The position numbers and the translations under genes were made by a program. Shown here piece after piece: positions 61,751 through 64,000 of a stretch of DNA of 64,000 nucleotides. A model generated the notes under the pieces. That model was not told where the DNA came from. It worked only from the letters and a program-made list of their open reading frames with translations, and made no database searches. Each line of letters starts with the position of its first letter. Position 1 is the first letter of the stretch. Origin of the DNA: Bacillota bacterium (GTDB taxonomy: Bacteria > Bacillota > Peptococcia > Peptococcales > BICA1-8); contig JBMOKT010000008.1 in the NCBI GenBank assembly GCA_049323895.1, positions 12,985 to 76,984 of the forward strand, written 5' to 3'.

Positions 61751-62131
61751 ATGCGTACTATCATTAATACAGACAAGGCCCCTCAAGCCATTGGACCCTA
61801 TTCCCAGGCAGTTAAAGCCGGACAACTGCTCTTTGTGTCTGGTCAAATACCGATCAACGCCCAAACAGGTGAATTAGTTAAAGATGATATTCAGGCTGAA
61901 ACAAAGCAAGTATTGGAAAATTTAAAGGCAATCATTGAAGCAGCAGGAGCTCAGATGAAGGATGTAATAAAAACCACAATATTTCTTAAGGATATGAATA
62001 ATTTTGCCCTGGTAAATGAAACTTATGCAGGTTATTTTCCGGCTGATTCTCCGGCAAGAGCTTGTGTTGAGGTAAGCAGGCTCCCTAAAGATGTAAATGT
62101 AGAGATTGAAGCTATAATACTAGTCCCCTAG
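61751..62131 (+). CDS. ridA: RidA, 2-iminobutanoate/2-iminopropanoate deaminase
   Basis: 126 aa. [42 protein letters not shown]. Confidence 0.85.
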   Translation: MRTIINTDKAPQAIGPYSQAVKAGQLLFVSGQIPINAQTGELVKDDIQAETKQVLENLKAIIEAAGAQMKDVIKTTIFLKDMNNFALVNETYAGYFPADSPARACVEVSRLPKDVNVEIEAIILVP

Positions 62132-62185
62132 CCCCTTTATTCGCTTACCTGGAATATAAAATCATTTTTATGGGAGGGTTAAAAT

Positions 62186-62842
62186 ATGAATATTAATGAG
62201 GTCCATCCCATATTAGCTGCATTAATACCTGTGGCAGAAGGAATAAGGGATAATTTTGGCAGCAGCTGCGAGGTAGTTATTCATGACCTTAGGACTCCTG
62301 AAAATTCTCTTTTTTATCTAGCCGGAAATCTTACCGGCAGGAAGCCCGGTGCCCCTATAACTAATTTAGTACTGGAAAAAATAAAACAAAAGGGGAATTC
62401 AGCAGCAAACCTAATCGGCTATGAGACTACTACTAAAGGGGGAAAAACTCTTAAGTCATCAACCATCTTCATAAAGGACCAATCAGGGGAAATTATTGGT
62501 TGTATGTGCATAAATTTTGATATGACCAACATCTTAACCTGTATGGAAATTTTAGAATCATTTACAAAACTCAACAAGGCTGAGAATGAGACGAAAGAAG
62601 AATTTTTCCATGATGTTAATGAAGCTATGGAGGAGATCGTACACGGTGTACTACGAGAGTACCATAAGCCTAAAACCCTGCTGGAAAAAGAAGACAAAGT
62701 TAATATTGTAGAGAAACTGGAGGATAAAGGGGTTTTCCTAGTAAAAGGTGCTGTAGACTATGTTGCCAGTATTTTAGGTGTTTCCCGCTATACAATCTAT
62801 AACTATCTAGATGAAGTTAGAGCAAACACAAGTACTAATTAG
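62186..62842 (+). CDS. YheO/DauR-like transcriptional regulator (PAS-like sensor plus C-terminal HTH)
   Basis: 218 aa. CEVVIHDLRTPENS...IGCMCINFD (YheO-type PAS), then a C-terminal VASILGVSRYTIYNYL HTH. Confidence 0.7.
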   Translation: MNINEVHPILAALIPVAEGIRDNFGSSCEVVIHDLRTPENSLFYLAGNLTGRKPGAPITNLVLEKIKQKGNSAANLIGYETTTKGGKTLKSSTIFIKDQSGEIIGCMCINFDMTNILTCMEILESFTKLNKAENETKEEFFHDVNEAMEEIVHGVLREYHKPKTLLEKEDKVNIVEKLEDKGVFLVKGAVDYVASILGVSRYTIYNYLDEVRANTSTN

Positions 62843-62943
62843 AAAAAATTATGATTTCTTATAAGTATAAAATATCCTGATTCCAATCCCATTCTCTGCT
62901 TAGAGCGGAGATAATATAATTAAAATTTAAAGGAGGAAAAGGA

Positions 62944-64000
62944 ATGGGAAAAATGAAGTTATCTACTAAGATTTTGATTGGTTTAGTTTTAGGTATTGCA
63001 GTGGGTCTTTTTGTTTCGCCTGATTTTGCCAATACCTTCCTTAAACCAATCGGTACTTTGTTCCTAAGGCTAATTAAGATGGTTATTGCTCCCCTAGTTT
63101 TTGCATCCATTGTTGTAGGTGCATCAAGTGTTGGAGATGTCAAAAAGCTTGGACGTATAGGTAGTAAAACTATTGCGTATTATCTAGTTACTACCGCTAT
63201 CGCTGTTATTATAGGTCTTGTTTTGGGCAATGTTTTACAACCAGGTGCAGGTCTGCAGCTTCCTGTTGATGCTAAGTATGAGGGCAAACAAGCACCCAGT
63301 ATTATTAATGTTCTTTTAGAAGTTGTTCCTGATAATCCTTTGCAAGCACTGGTTTCAGGCAGCATGCTGCAAATAATCTTCTTTGCGATTTTCATAGGAA
63401 TTGCCATCACCCTTATAGGCAAAAAAGGTGACCCCGTTAGAAACTTCTTTGACGGATTTGCCGAAGTAATGTACAAAATTACAGGTATTGTCATGGAAGT
63501 AGCACCATATGGTGTCTTTGGTCTGATTGCCCCTGTAGTTGCAGCGTATGGTTTAGATGTATTAGCTCCTTTAGCTATGGTTATCTTTGCCGTTTATCTT
63601 GGTGCTATAATTCACGGTGCTGTAGTTTACTCTACTGCTGTGAAAATATTTGCCAAAATGAGTCCTCTTACTTTCTTCAAAGGTATTTTCCCAGCACAGG
63701 TAATAGCTTTTTCCACTTGCTCCAGTGCAGGTACGTTGCCGGCTACTATTAAATGCGTAGAAGATAATCTAGGTGTTTCAAATGATACAGCCAGCTTCGT
63801 ATTACCATTAGGTGCAACAATTAATATGGACGGAACTTCCTTATACCAGGGCGTCTGTGCTCTATTTGTTGCCCAAGTTTACGGTATTGATTTATCCCTA
63901 GGCCAGCAGTTGACAGTAGTCATTACTGGAACATTGGCTTCTATTGGTGCAGCCGGGGTTCCAGGAGCAGGTCTGATAATGCTTACCATGGTTTTAGCTT
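62944..64000 (+). CDS. Dicarboxylate/amino-acid:cation symporter (DAACS, GltP/SstT-like), 3' end outside the window
   Basis: My own translation from the ATG at 62944 (AGGAGG upstream): MGKMKLSTKILIGLVLGIAVG...LRLIKMVIAPLVFASIVVG. The frame is open to the window end. The minus-strand track ORFs here are antisense shadows. Confidence 0.8.
   Translation, partial: MGKMKLSTKILIGLVLGIAVGLFVSPDFANTFLKPIGTLFLRLIKMVIAPLVFASIVVGASSVGDVKKLGRIGSKTIAYYLVTTAIAVIIGLVLGNVLQPGAGLQLPVDAKYEGKQAPSIINVLLEVVPDNPLQALVSGSMLQIIFFAIFIGIAITLIGKKGDPVRNFFDGFAEVMYKITGIVMEVAPYGVFGLIAPVVAAYGLDVLAPLAMVIFAVYLGAIIHGAVVYSTAVKIFAKMSPLTFFKGIFPAQVIAFSTCSSAGTLPATIKCVEDNLGVSNDTASFVLPLGATINMDGTSLYQGVCALFVAQVYGIDLSLGQQLTVVITGTLASIGAAGVPGAGLIMLTMVLA

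Noticed and set aside
62859-63494. Two minus-strand track ORFs (94 and 104 aa).
   Set aside because: They are antisense shadows of the DAACS transporter gene, which has a strong SD and a family-typical sequence. The same reasoning applies to the other internal antisense ORFs in the track, for example those within acsA, hdrA, the permease, the FAD protein and the histidine kinase.

Overview
This is a 64-kb chromosomal window that looks like a low-GC, anaerobic, endospore-former-type Firmicute (Clostridia-like). That assignment is inferred from gene content only: hdrCBA-mvhD plus flx-like genes, acsA/acuA, ylbF, a comK-like gene, a DUF1659-DUF2922-YvrJ cluster and agrBD. I support about 76 coding regions, mostly on the minus strand. 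I also find one TPP riboswitch, one CsoR-type operator inside a readable promoter, and several intrinsic terminators. I saw no rRNA, tRNA, CRISPR array, transposase or integrase.

Recognisable blocks, left to right:
- TPP riboswitch-thiW, trpP, ylbF, and divergent acsA/acuA.
- A roughly 9-kb cryptic minus-strand operon (9371-18514). It combines a B12-domain/TIM-barrel mutase-like protein, a P-loop partner, a TrmFO/GidA-like flavoprotein, a SelA/DgaE-like PLP enzyme, a RidA-family protein and a permease.
- An orphan agr module: membrane protein, agrB and an untracked 40-aa agrD. It is followed by a membrane GGDEF/HD-GYP protein rather than agrCA.
- hdrCBA-mvhD-flxCBA.
- mgsA.
- The archaeal-type shikimate entry genes aroA'/aroB', embedded among two PaaK-like ligases, a triplicated helical-repeat protein and an amidohydrolase.
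- copZ, GDPD, cls and an orphan PAS histidine kinase.
- A LysR/EamA/AEC cassette.
- A DUF1659-DUF2922-Zn-ribbon-YvrJ-amidase cluster.
- A D-amino-acid island: dat, Asp racemase, dcyD-like, ridA, YheO-like regulator and a DAACS transporter.

The most unusual non-coding signal is three intergenic repeat families:
- (A) Tandem heptamer, nonamer and 14-mer arrays (TAGTGGC, ACTGGTG, CTGTAGNNN, TTGATGGTCAATAG). They resemble cyanobacterial STRR repeats. In at least two intercistronic gaps they recur in a fixed order: stop codon, CTGTAG array, spacer, ACTGGTG array, TAGTGGC array, Shine-Dalgarno.
- (B) A 65-75 nt two-hairpin element, four copies, occurring in pairs that bracket small gene cassettes.
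- (C) A roughly 100-nt highly conserved element, three copies, each followed by its own hairpin terminator.

All functional calls rest on my recognition of motifs in the supplied translations. No database search was run.
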